64,000 bases of DNA from Prevotella sp. CAG:279 (GTDB lineage Bacteria > Bacillota > Clostridia > Lachnospirales > Lachnospiraceae): positions 18,068-82,067 of the forward strand of contig CAVHPN010000006.1 in the NCBI GenBank assembly GCA_963637995.1, read 5' to 3'. How positions within the stretch are numbered: the stretch's first letter is position 1; every line of letters begins with the position of its first letter. A program made the translations under genes and the position numbers. The notes under the pieces were generated by a model. It was given only the letters and a program-made list of their open reading frames with translations, did not search any database and was not told where the DNA came from. Positions 1 to 9,562 of this stretch are shown here, one piece after another.

Positions 1-475
1 GCTTGATAAATTGAATATTGATTATGAGGTATGTCCGGGAGTTAGCTCATTTTGCGGGGCTGCGTCAGCACTGAATCTTGAATATACATTGCCCGGTATT
101 TCCCAGAGCGTGATTATAACCAGAATGGCCGGTCGAACACCCGTGCCGGATCGCGAAAGCATATCGTCGTTTGCTGCCCACAAAGCAACCATGGTAATCT
201 TCTTAAGTACGGGCATGCTTGAAAAACTTGCAAAGGAGCTTATAAGCGGCGGATATGAGGCTGACACACCTGTTGCCATTGTATACAAGGCAACATGGCC
301 GGATGAAAAAAAGATTATCTGCACAGTAGGAACCCTGGCAGAATCAGCCAAACAGCAAAATATTACGAAAACAGCACTTATCATAATAGGCGATGTGACT
401 GCCCAAAGCGGATATGATCGTTCGCGACTTTATGCTCCGGATTTTACCACTGAATTCAGACGTGGAACTAAATAA
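1..475 (+). CDS. cbiF: Cobalt-precorrin-4 C11-methyltransferase, 5'-truncated by the window edge
   Basis: PGVSSFCGAA, SQSVIITRMAGRT, YKATWPDE and SRLYAPDF motifs of CbiF/CobM; frame is open from position 2. Confidence 0.93.
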   Translation, partial: LDKLNIDYEVCPGVSSFCGAASALNLEYTLPGISQSVIITRMAGRTPVPDRESISSFAAHKATMVIFLSTGMLEKLAKELISGGYEADTPVAIVYKATWPDEKKIICTVGTLAESAKQQNITKTALIIIGDVTAQSGYDRSRLYAPDFTTEFRRGTK

Positions 476-522
476 AATCGAAAGCTTCATAAATGAAAGT
501 CAGTGAAAGGGAAAATTATACA

Positions 523-1734
523 ATGGAACAGGTTAAACTTAGAGTAAAAAACGGCATTTGCGTATGTTTCACAGCCAAGGGTAAAGAGACGGCAAACCGA
601 CTGATAGATAAATTAAATCAGCAGATTGAGACTCCTGTTGAAATCTTTGACTACACCGGAAATGACCATTCAAGACCGCTTAAACAGGTGGTCAAAGAAT
701 CCTTTGATGACAAGGATGCTATTATTTTTATAGGTGCGGCTGGGATCGCAGTCCGTCTGATAGCCCCGTTTGTGAAGGATAAAATGAAAGACCCGGCGGT
801 TCTTGTAATTGATGAGCAGGGACACTATGCTATTCCGATTTTGTCAGGCCATGTCGGAGGATGTAATGAACTGGCGGATGCAGCGGCAAATATTTTGGAT
901 GCAAAATCGGTTATCACGACTGCGACCGACTTAAGGCAGGCCTTTGCCGTGGATGTATTCTCAGCTGAAAATGAACTGGTTGTCAGCGACCGTGAATTGG
1001 CAAAGCGCATTTCAGCAGCCGAACTGAATGGCGAAAAAATCGGTTTTTTCAGCGATTATCCGGTGGAGGGCATAGTCCCTGGTGAGGTCACTCCTGGAAT
1101 ATGGCAGAATAAAAATATCTATGTCACCCTGAAACAGGGGGGCTGTCCTAAAGGTGCACCTGAGTCGGTAATACGTCGAGATATGGTTATCGGACTGGCA
1201 GATAAACAAAAAGGCAGTGAGGTAAAGAAAAGCGCGCAGGAAGATATTCCTGAACTTCTTCGCCTCTATCCGCGAACGGTTATTCTCGGCATGGGATGCC
1301 GCAGGGATTCATCCCTGAATGCGGTTCGGGATATGGCACGGGAGGCACTTTCAAAAGCTATGATAGATAAAAGTGCGGTTCGTGCCATTGCAACAATTGA
1401 TCGCAAGAAAAATGAGATGGCATTTCTGGCACTTGCAAAGGAATGGAATGTAGAACTGTGGAGCTTTACTTCTGAAGAATTACAAAATGCAGGCACCGAG
1501 TTTACAGAGTCTTCATTCGTAAAAAAAACAGTAGGAGTCGGAAATGTCTGTGAAAGAGCCGCTGTCATGGGCGTTAAGAAGCTCTATAAGGAGCGGGCGA
1601 TTAACAACAAAAATATGCCTGCGATAGATCTGAGAGTAAGAAAAATGGCCGGAAACGGTGTGACCGCGGCTATAGCAGTTCCGGCATCAGAGCAGGTAAG
1701 GAGGCAGCATTGGAAGAAAAACGATTGTATGTAA
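523..1734 (+). CDS. cbiG: Cobalt-precorrin-5A hydrolase
   Basis: IFIGAAGIAVR, DPAVLVIDE, LSGHVGG, ITTATD, GMGCRR and VGVGNVCE motifs; ATG 523 preferred (GAAAGGG upstream). Confidence 0.92.
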   Translation: MEQVKLRVKNGICVCFTAKGKETANRLIDKLNQQIETPVEIFDYTGNDHSRPLKQVVKESFDDKDAIIFIGAAGIAVRLIAPFVKDKMKDPAVLVIDEQGHYAIPILSGHVGGCNELADAAANILDAKSVITTATDLRQAFAVDVFSAENELVVSDRELAKRISAAELNGEKIGFFSDYPVEGIVPGEVTPGIWQNKNIYVTLKQGGCPKGAPESVIRRDMVIGLADKQKGSEVKKSAQEDIPELLRLYPRTVILGMGCRRDSSLNAVRDMAREALSKAMIDKSAVRAIATIDRKKNEMAFLALAKEWNVELWSFTSEELQNAGTEFTESSFVKKTVGVGNVCERAAVMGVKKLYKERAINNKNMPAIDLRVRKMAGNGVTAAIAVPASEQVRRQHWKKNDCM

Positions 1735-2447
1735 TCGGGATAGGACCGGGTGACAGGGAACAGATGACGATTCGCGCAGATCGCATATTAAGGGAGAGTC
1801 AGGTTATCATAGGCTATACCGTATATGTAGATTTGGTGAAGGAATATTATCCGCAGGCGGATTTTATGGTAACCCCGATGCGACAGGAAAAAGAACGCTG
1901 TGAGATGGCACTTAGGGAAGCAGATAAAGGCAGGAAAACGTCAATTATATGCAGCGGTGACAGCGGTGTATATGGCATGGCAGGTCTTGTTTATCAGATG
2001 TCAGAATCATATCCTGATGTAAGGATAGAGGTTATTCCCGGTGTGACCGCGGCTCTTGGCGGCGGAGCGGTACTGGGAGCACCGCTTGGCCACGATTTTG
2101 CCGTAATCAGCCTCAGTGACCTTCTTACACCGATGGAATTGATTGAGGAGAGACTACGAGCAGCGGCCAAAGCGGATTTTATTATCTGCCTATATAATCC
2201 TTCGAGTCATAAGAGACATGATTATTTGGAACGTGCGTGCCGGATACTTTTAGAATATAAGAGCGAAGATACGGCCTGCGGGTATGTGCAGAATATCGGT
2301 CGAACAGGAGAGACCATGCACGTGCTGACTCTTTCTCAGCTGGAAAAGACATCTGTAGATATGTTTACCACTGTTTTTATTGGCAACAAAGAGACCCGCA
2401 TATTAGACGGACACCTGATAACACCGAGAGGATACCGAAATGTGTAA
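1710..2447 (+). CDS. cbiH: Cobalt-precorrin-3B C17-methyltransferase
   Basis: YVIGIGPG, SGDSGVYGMAG, HDFAVISLSDLLTP, YNP and ITPRGY motifs; TTG start after AAGGAGG. Confidence 0.93.
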   Translation: MEEKRLYVIGIGPGDREQMTIRADRILRESQVIIGYTVYVDLVKEYYPQADFMVTPMRQEKERCEMALREADKGRKTSIICSGDSGVYGMAGLVYQMSESYPDVRIEVIPGVTAALGGGAVLGAPLGHDFAVISLSDLLTPMELIEERLRAAAKADFIICLYNPSSHKRHDYLERACRILLEYKSEDTACGYVQNIGRTGETMHVLTLSQLEKTSVDMFTTVFIGNKETRILDGHLITPRGYRNV

Positions 2448-5331
2448 AATATTGATATTTGGTGGTACGACAGAGGGACGTCTGCTGGCAGAATATTGCA
2501 GCGAACAGAAAATCAGCGCATGGATAAGCGTTGCATCCGAATACGGTGAAGAAATATTGCAGGAAGATGCAAGTGCATATGTTAAAATATTGCGTGGGCG
2601 CATGGATTCTCATCAAATCGAAGATTTTATAAAGGAACACAACATAAGTCTTGTTATTGATGCGACACATCCCCATGCAAAGATCGTTTCAGGAGAAATC
2701 AAATCGGCATGTCAAAAAACAGGGATTCGGCTGGAAAGATGTATTCGCTCGGAAGGTGAAAATGATATTGATGATAATTGCATCATGGTTAATTCCATAG
2801 AGGAAGCTGTCGATTTCCTTTCCCATGTACCCGGTGTGATATTTTCCACAACGGGCAGTAAGGAAATGGAAACCCTGTGCCGGATACAGGATTATCAGAA
2901 AAGAGTCTACGCAAGAGTACTTCCGACTTCAGGCGTCATAAAAAAATGTGAAGATTTAGGTATAAGCGGCAGCCATCTGATAGCAATGCAGGGGCCTTTT
3001 TCTACGGAAATGAACGTATTGTTCCTTAAACAGACTAAAGCAGAATGGCTTTTGACAAAGGATTCCGGAACCACGGGCGGATTTAAGGAAAAACTCCTGG
3101 CGGCACGTGAGACAGGAACGAGGGTTTTGGTTATCAAAAGACCGAAAGAAGAGGGCATATCACTTGCAAAAACCATGCAGGTCATACTTGAATCTCAATC
3201 TTTCAGTGCTGTCGCGGATGTCATGGATGTCACGCATGACTGCGACAGTCATCGAACACATATTATACTTGCCGGAATCGGCATGGGGAATCCCTCATCG
3301 ATGACCGTCGAGGTTACAAGAGCGATCATGGAAAGTGATGCGATTATCGGTGCCGGCAGGATGCTTGAGTGTGCGAAAAAAGTGCTTTCGGACAGTTACA
3401 ATGAATCTGATACGTCTATACAAGATTCGCGCTTTTTTAAGGCGTATCTTCCTGATGATGTGATGAAAATTATCACTGAGCATCCCGGGTGGAATCAAGC
3501 AGTCATTCTGTATTCAGGAGATACAGGTTTTTTCAGCGGTACGGCTAAGATGGCTAAGTGCCTTCGCATGTCAGGATATTCATTTGATATATATCCGGGA
3601 ATTTCCTGCATCAGCTATATGGCGTCCAAATTGGGCATTAACTGGGAGAATGCTGCAATCTATTCTGCACATGGCAGAGAACTTTCACTAAATAATGTAA
3701 TCAAACATTTAACCGATCCGGATAATGACGCAAAAAAGGCATTTATTCTCATGGGCGGTAAAAACGGTGCCGGTGAATTTTGTCGTCAACTTACTGAACT
3801 GGGATATGGAGATATCCGTATAGCAGTCGGTGAAAATTTATCCTATGAAAACGAACTGATTCGAAGCGGCAATGCAAAGGAGATGTCCGAATATGAATTT
3901 TCCGAGTTGAGTCTGGTATTTGCAGAAAATTCTTTAGATGCGGAAACGAAATCTCTTCAGCATACCGATAGAATGTGCCCTCGAATTATGTTTGCGGCGC
4001 CTAAAAGCGGCAGCGGCAAGACGCTGATAACCTGTGGATTCCTTGAAACTTTACTTAGGCGCGGTTTAAGACCTGTAGCCTGCAAATGCGGACCTGACTA
4101 TATCGATCCGATGTTTCACCGATATGTACTTGGAATTGCGGGACGAAATCTGGACAGCTTTTTTCTGAAAGCTTGCGGAGTAAGAAATATATTAACCGAT
4201 GCGGCCTATGAGGAACAGGCGGATATAGCTGTTTTAGAAGGAGTTATGGGATACTATGATGGTCTTGGAGGGACAGAGACTGCTGCAAGCAGCTGGGAGA
4301 TTTCGTGTATAACCGATACTCCTGCAATTCTTGTGCTTGATTGCAAGGGTTCCTCACTTTCATCAGCTGCGATGGCCTCCGGCTTCCTGAATTTCAAAAA
4401 AAACAGCCATATAGCCGGTATTATTTTAAATCGTGTTTCAGCAATGTATTACGAACGTCTGGCATCAGCTATAGAAGAATCATCCAAAATTCCGGTACTT
4501 GGATATCTGCCCGAATCAGACGAATATAGGATGGAGAGTCGTCATCTCGGTTTGTTTATGCCGGGAGAGATAGACAGATTACGTGAGCGAATTGGCAAAT
4601 TATCAGATCAGATGGAAAAATCTATTGATATCGATAAAATACTGGAAATCGCAGGTATGAAATCTGTACCTGAAAAGAAAAGCACTGAAGAAGAATCTAC
4701 CAAAAAACAAGAGATTTTTTTGGCAAAAGTGAACATAGGCGTGGCGCGCGATGAAGCATTTTGCTTCTATTATCAGGAAAATCTTCGTCTGTTAGAGCAG
4801 ATGGGCGCGACAATTACTTATTTCAGTCCGCTTAAGGATTCCAAAATTCCTGACGGAGTGGACGGATTGATATTCGGCGGAGGCTATCCTGAAAATTATG
4901 GCAGGGAGCTTTCGCAAAATATTACGATGCTTGAAAGTGTGCGTGAATCCATAGAAAACGGTATGCCGTTTCTTGCAGAGTGTGGCGGCTTTATGTATTT
5001 ACATCAATCCCTTGAAGGCAGCGATGGAAATACGTGGAAGATGGTCGGTGTCTATCCGTTTTCCGCATACAGAACTGACAAACTTCGTCGTTTCGGTTAT
5101 GTGAGTCTTTTGACACCTTTGGGTCTGGAAATTCACGGCCATGAGTTTCATTATTGGGAAAGTGAGGATCCCGGAACTGACTGGGAAGCAGTAAAACCAG
5201 TAGGAAACCGCAGTTGGAGATGCATTCATGCTACGAAAACGCAGATTGGTGGATTCCCTCATTTATACTACCCATCCTGCCCGGAATTTTTAGCCGGATG
5301 GCTTGAAGCATGCAAGAGCACATCGTGCTAA
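2440..5331 (+). CDS. Triple fusion: cobalt-precorrin-6A reductase (CbiJ) + C5-methyltransferase (CbiE) + cobyrinate a,c-diamide synthase (CbiA)
   Basis: N-term FGGTTEG/IDATHP/AMQGPFS/TKDSG (CbiJ); middle AGIGMG/SGDTGFFSG/PGIS (CbiE); C-term SGSGKT/KCGPDYIDP/EGVMG/AECGG/GHEFHY (CbiA). Confidence 0.9.
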   Translation: MCKILIFGGTTEGRLLAEYCSEQKISAWISVASEYGEEILQEDASAYVKILRGRMDSHQIEDFIKEHNISLVIDATHPHAKIVSGEIKSACQKTGIRLERCIRSEGENDIDDNCIMVNSIEEAVDFLSHVPGVIFSTTGSKEMETLCRIQDYQKRVYARVLPTSGVIKKCEDLGISGSHLIAMQGPFSTEMNVLFLKQTKAEWLLTKDSGTTGGFKEKLLAARETGTRVLVIKRPKEEGISLAKTMQVILESQSFSAVADVMDVTHDCDSHRTHIILAGIGMGNPSSMTVEVTRAIMESDAIIGAGRMLECAKKVLSDSYNESDTSIQDSRFFKAYLPDDVMKIITEHPGWNQAVILYSGDTGFFSGTAKMAKCLRMSGYSFDIYPGISCISYMASKLGINWENAAIYSAHGRELSLNNVIKHLTDPDNDAKKAFILMGGKNGAGEFCRQLTELGYGDIRIAVGENLSYENELIRSGNAKEMSEYEFSELSLVFAENSLDAETKSLQHTDRMCPRIMFAAPKSGSGKTLITCGFLETLLRRGLRPVACKCGPDYIDPMFHRYVLGIAGRNLDSFFLKACGVRNILTDAAYEEQADIAVLEGVMGYYDGLGGTETAASSWEISCITDTPAILVLDCKGSSLSSAAMASGFLNFKKNSHIAGIILNRVSAMYYERLASAIEESSKIPVLGYLPESDEYRMESRHLGLFMPGEIDRLRERIGKLSDQMEKSIDIDKILEIAGMKSVPEKKSTEEESTKKQEIFLAKVNIGVARDEAFCFYYQENLRLLEQMGATITYFSPLKDSKIPDGVDGLIFGGGYPENYGRELSQNITMLESVRESIENGMPFLAECGGFMYLHQSLEGSDGNTWKMVGVYPFSAYRTDKLRRFGYVSLLTPLGLEIHGHEFHYWESEDPGTDWEAVKPVGNRSWRCIHATKTQIGGFPHLYYPSCPEFLAGWLEACKSTSC

Positions 5332-5337
5332 TCAATC

Positions 5338-5381
5338 AGGTATCAGAGGGGTCAAAAGATCTTTTGACCCCAACAGTACCT
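5338..5381. repeat. Perfect 24-bp palindrome with symmetric flanks (REP-like)
   Basis: GGGGTCAAAAGATCTTTTGACCCC at 5348-5371, flanked by AGGTA-N5 and N5-TACCT; no U-tract. Confidence 0.75.
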
Positions 5382-5401
5382 AATATATGGAGAAATAAAA
5401 A

Positions 5402-5968
5402 ATGCGTGATGAATGGTTTATACGTGGAAAGGTTCCCATGACAAAAAGCGAGGTCAGGGCGGTTTCACTGTCAAAACTTGAATTGTATGATGGATGTGAA
5501 TTGTGGGACATAGGAGCCGGAACAGGCTCTGTCAGTGTGGAAGCCGCAATAGATTATCCCGGAATTCATATATGCGCTTTCGAGTACAAAAAAGAGGCGC
5601 TTGAACTAATAAGGGCAAATTGCGATAAGGCAGCAACGAATGCGGTAAAGATTATATCAGGAAAAGCACCGGAGACATTTAAAGAGGCAGAAAGCCATAT
5701 ACCTGACAGAGCTTTTATAGGCGGAACCACAGGAAAAATGCAGGAAATACTTGACGAATTGCTTAGGCTTAATCCTGATATACGCATAGTTATTAATCTT
5801 ATTGCATTGGAATCCCTAACCGCTGTTATTAATTATCTTAATGAGCGGGAAATCGAGGCTGAGATCTTATCCATGCAGATTTCAAAGGCCGAAAAAATTG
5901 CTTCAAGTCATCTGATGAAAGGGCAGAATCCGATCTATATCATATCTTTTGGAGGAGAGAACAGGTGA
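5402..5968 (+). CDS. cbiT: Cobalt-precorrin-6B C15-methyltransferase (decarboxylating)
   Basis: PMTKSEVR, WDIGAGTGSVSVE, FIGG and GQNPI motifs. Confidence 0.93.
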   Translation: MRDEWFIRGKVPMTKSEVRAVSLSKLELYDGCELWDIGAGTGSVSVEAAIDYPGIHICAFEYKKEALELIRANCDKAATNAVKIISGKAPETFKEAESHIPDRAFIGGTTGKMQEILDELLRLNPDIRIVINLIALESLTAVINYLNEREIEAEILSMQISKAEKIASSHLMKGQNPIYIISFGGENR

Positions 5969-7035
5969 GTGAAACAATTCAAGATGCATATAATTTAGAT
6001 AATCCGATCAAACTTGAATTTGCACCGATGGAAGGAATAACCGGATATATATTCAGACAGGCTCATGCCAAAATCTTTGGCAAAGTTGACAGATATTACA
6101 GCCCTTTTATTGCACCGGGCGCCAGTCATAAGCTTTCATCCAGAGAAAAAAACGAAATTCTTCCGGAGCACAATAGGGGACTTAAACTCATACCTCAGGT
6201 TCTGACTCATTCATCGGAGGATTTTCTATGGCTTTGCGGTCTGCTGGCGGAATATGGGTATGATACGGTGAATCTGAACCTGGGCTGTCCGTCGGCAACT
6301 GTTGTAACTAAGAAGAAAGGTGCCGGATTTCTTGATTATCCGGATGAACTTAATCTATTTCTGGATGAGATCTGCAGCGGACTGGAAAAAATAACTGCAT
6401 CCGATGGAAAAGCAATGCGTCTCTCAATTAAAACTCGGATTGGAATGAAGGAAGAAACTGAATTTTCGCAATTGATTGAAATTTATAATCAATATCCGCT
6501 TAATGAGTTGATAGTTCATCCGAGAGTTCGCGAGGATTATTATAATGGTTCTACGCGAATGGAGGCATTTTATTATGCCATTCAGCACAGCCGAAGCAGA
6601 CTCGGTTATAACGGAAATCTGTTTTCGGCACAAGAGACGAAAGCCTGTATGGATAATGTCTTTAATAATAATCCTGAGGCGGTAAATGATGGAAAGATTT
6701 CCGCGCTCATGTTCGGGCGCGGAGCAGTTGCCACACCATGGATTTTCAGTGATGTGAGAAAACTTTTTTCGAAGAAAAATGAATGTAATTCAAATAGCAA
6801 CTCGGAAATTTTCCGTAAATTCAAGTTATTTCACGATCTGCTGCTTGATGGATATGTCCAGGTTATGTCCGGGGACAGGAATACTCTGTTTAAAATGAAA
6901 GAACTCTGGTATTATTTCGGTTCACATTTTCCGAATTGCGAAAAGAATCTTAAAAAAATAAAGAAATCACAGAATATAACAGATTATCGTGCGGCAGTTG
7001 AAGTGATTTTCAATGAGGATCGCTTCAGAATTTAA
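5965..7035 (+). CDS. tRNA-dihydrouridine synthase family protein
   Basis: APMEG, NLNLGCP, SIKTRIG, VHPR and YNG motifs of the Dus family; overlaps the cbiT stop. Confidence 0.88.
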   Translation: MSETIQDAYNLDNPIKLEFAPMEGITGYIFRQAHAKIFGKVDRYYSPFIAPGASHKLSSREKNEILPEHNRGLKLIPQVLTHSSEDFLWLCGLLAEYGYDTVNLNLGCPSATVVTKKKGAGFLDYPDELNLFLDEICSGLEKITASDGKAMRLSIKTRIGMKEETEFSQLIEIYNQYPLNELIVHPRVREDYYNGSTRMEAFYYAIQHSRSRLGYNGNLFSAQETKACMDNVFNNNPEAVNDGKISALMFGRGAVATPWIFSDVRKLFSKKNECNSNSNSEIFRKFKLFHDLLLDGYVQVMSGDRNTLFKMKELWYYFGSHFPNCEKNLKKIKKSQNITDYRAAVEVIFNEDRFRI

Positions 7036-7054
7036 GCACATTTAAGCATCACAT

Positions 7055-7108
7055 TTTACATATATTTTACATTCATCTATGGCTATTTTTACATTTATTT
7101 GATATAGT
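7055..7108 (+). promoter_or_regulatory. Pho-box-like repeats plus extended -10
   Basis: TTTACA at 7055, 7066 and 7088 (11-bp phase); TGaTATAGT at 7100-7108; matches the Gram-positive PhoP TT(A/T/C)ACA repeat. Confidence 0.7.
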
Positions 7109-7153
7109 GATTACGTTAGTGTGTTAGTATAAAGAAATGATGGGAGAGTAGGT

Positions 7154-8827
7154 ATGTCAATTAATACTTTGGGAACACTCTTTCAGTTCATAGGCGGACT
7201 GGGAATGTTTCTGTATGGAATGGAGTCCATGGCAGATGGTTTACAGAAGTTTGCAGGCAACCGTTTACAGCGTGTCCTTGAAATTCTGACATCAAACCGT
7301 CTGGTCAGTGTTCTGGTAGGTGCCGGTGTTACGGCAATCATCCAGAGTAGTTCGGCGACTACGGTTATGGTCGTTGGTTTTGTTAATGCCGGCATAATCA
7401 ATCTGCTTCAGGCAACCGGTATTATTATGGGTGCCAATATCGGTACGACCGTAACAAGCTGGATCGTATCCATGAGTGAGTGGGGCGAGGTATTAAAACC
7501 TGAATTTTTTGCACCTGTACTTTTCGGTATCGGCGCATTTATCACTATTTTTGCAAAAAGTCATAAGAAAAAAGAGGGAGCAGAGATTCTGATTGGTTTT
7601 GCACTTCTTTTTATCGGACTTTCTTTTATGTCAGGATCTATTGAGCCGTATCGTGATGCACCGATTTTTTCTAATGCATTTACAGTGCTTGGCAAGAACC
7701 CGCTTTTAGGAGTTTTTGTAGGTCTGGCAGTTACTGCTATTATTCAGAGCAGTTCTGCTTCTGTAGGTATTTTGCAGATGCTTGCGATCAATGGTATGGT
7801 TAACTGGCAGTCAGCGGTGTTCATTACGCTGGGACAGAATATCGGTACATGTGCTACTGCACTGTTATCATGTATCGGTACAACAAGAACCGCAAAACGT
7901 GCGGCAGTTATTCACCTTTTGTTTAACGTAACCGGTGCGATCATATTCGGTATCACCTTATACATTGTATTTATGATGAATCCATCACTTGCGATGTCTA
8001 GGGCTGACAGTATTGGAATTTCCATTTTCCATACGGTATTCAATATTGTTAATACATGTATTCTTTTCCCGTTTGCAGGATTCCTTGTAAAAGCTTCCGA
8101 TATCATCGTTCCGAAGCCGAAGAAAGAGGAAAAAGAGTGGTCTGCCAACAGTGTTGAGACAGAGATGATTCGCCATCTTGATGAGCGTATTCTTGAGACA
8201 CCGTCATTTGCGATTGAGACAGCCTGTAATGAAGTTGTCAACATGGGAAAGGTGGCTATTGCCAACTTAAAGATAGCAACTGCAGCCATGGTTGATTCGG
8301 ACAGTAATTTCTGTGAACAGGTATTTGAAAATGAAGAGACCATTGACCGTATGGAGAAAATGCTGACGGAGTATCTTTTGAAGATTAACAATCTGTCGTT
8401 AAATGATGAACAGCATCTTCTTGTCAAAAATATGTATTATACAATCGGAGATCTTGAACGTGTCGGAGATCATTGTGAAAATATTGCCGAGCTGGCAAAA
8501 AAACAGATCGAAGATCCGGAGTCAGCTTTCTCGGAACTTGCGCTTGAAGAGATAAAAACCATTGCTGATGCAACTCTCAAATCAGTTGAGGCATCTGTGG
8601 AAGCACGCAAGGACCATGACATGCAGAAAGTTCGTCAGACTGCCCGTTGGGAAGAAGAAGTTGACAACATGGAAGAAGAAATGCGTGAGAGTCATATGAA
8701 CCGTCTTTCAGCCGGAGATTGTAAAATAGGAAGCGGTGTCATCTTCCTGGATGCACTGGCAAATTATGAGAGAATCGCAGATCATGCCAAGAATGTAGCT
8801 GGCTACGTAAAGGAAGAGATGCAATAA
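7154..8827 (+). CDS. Na+/Pi cotransporter family protein with C-terminal PhoU-like domains
   Basis: Two QSSS repeats, GANIGTT and GQNIGT motifs; C-terminal DLERVGDH and YERIADH PhoU signatures. Confidence 0.92.
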   Translation: MSINTLGTLFQFIGGLGMFLYGMESMADGLQKFAGNRLQRVLEILTSNRLVSVLVGAGVTAIIQSSSATTVMVVGFVNAGIINLLQATGIIMGANIGTTVTSWIVSMSEWGEVLKPEFFAPVLFGIGAFITIFAKSHKKKEGAEILIGFALLFIGLSFMSGSIEPYRDAPIFSNAFTVLGKNPLLGVFVGLAVTAIIQSSSASVGILQMLAINGMVNWQSAVFITLGQNIGTCATALLSCIGTTRTAKRAAVIHLLFNVTGAIIFGITLYIVFMMNPSLAMSRADSIGISIFHTVFNIVNTCILFPFAGFLVKASDIIVPKPKKEEKEWSANSVETEMIRHLDERILETPSFAIETACNEVVNMGKVAIANLKIATAAMVDSDSNFCEQVFENEETIDRMEKMLTEYLLKINNLSLNDEQHLLVKNMYYTIGDLERVGDHCENIAELAKKQIEDPESAFSELALEEIKTIADATLKSVEASVEARKDHDMQKVRQTARWEEEVDNMEEEMRESHMNRLSAGDCKIGSGVIFLDALANYERIADHAKNVAGYVKEEMQ

Positions 8828-9555
8828 TGAAGTATCTTATCTATGTGATTGAAGATGATGAGAATATACGGAATCTTATCTGTGTGGCACTGGAAAATTT
8901 CGGTTATCGTGCCTGCGGATTTGAGACCGCTGAAGAGGCACTTGACAAATTGTCTGAGCTGATTCACAAAGGAAAAGAAGCCCGGAGAGAATATCCGTCT
9001 ATGTTTATATTTGACTGGATGCTTCCCGGTATGGACGGTGTGGCGGCTATACGCAAGATCCGTGAAAAACCGGATTTTGCATCTGCACCGGTGTTGATGC
9101 TGACAGCCAAGGATCGCGAAATGGATGTTGTCCAGGGCCTTGACAACGGAGCGGATGATTATATGACCAAGCCCTTTGGTATTTTGGAGCTTTCCGCAAG
9201 AGTAAGAAATCTTCTTAAACGTGTTGAATCTGTAAAAGAAGAGTCTTCAAGCATCACGATCGGCGATGTGAGCATAGATAGGGAGACGCGTGAAGTTATC
9301 GCGTGCGGTGAGCAGACAGAACTCACACTTAAGGAGTTTGAACTGCTTACTTATCTTATGGAACATATCAACCGCGTGGTGACACGCGATGAACTTTTGG
9401 ATCATATCTGGGGATATGATTATGACGGCGAGACGAGAACACTTGATATGCACATTAAAACTCTTCGTCAGAAGCTTCATGGTGCAGGAGCTCAGATCAA
9501 GACAGTGCGCGGAGTTGGTTATCGTTTTTTGAAAGAAAAAGAAGCAGGAAAGTGA
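8827..9555 (+). CDS. OmpR/PhoB-family response regulator (PhoP-like)
   Basis: IEDD, DWMLPGMDG, GADDYMTKPF, TRTLDMHIKTLRQKL and TVRGVGY motifs. Confidence 0.9.
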   Translation: MKYLIYVIEDDENIRNLICVALENFGYRACGFETAEEALDKLSELIHKGKEARREYPSMFIFDWMLPGMDGVAAIRKIREKPDFASAPVLMLTAKDREMDVVQGLDNGADDYMTKPFGILELSARVRNLLKRVESVKEESSSITIGDVSIDRETREVIACGEQTELTLKEFELLTYLMEHINRVVTRDELLDHIWGYDYDGETRTLDMHIKTLRQKLHGAGAQIKTVRGVGYRFLKEKEAGK

Positions 9556-9562
9556 TGAAGTA

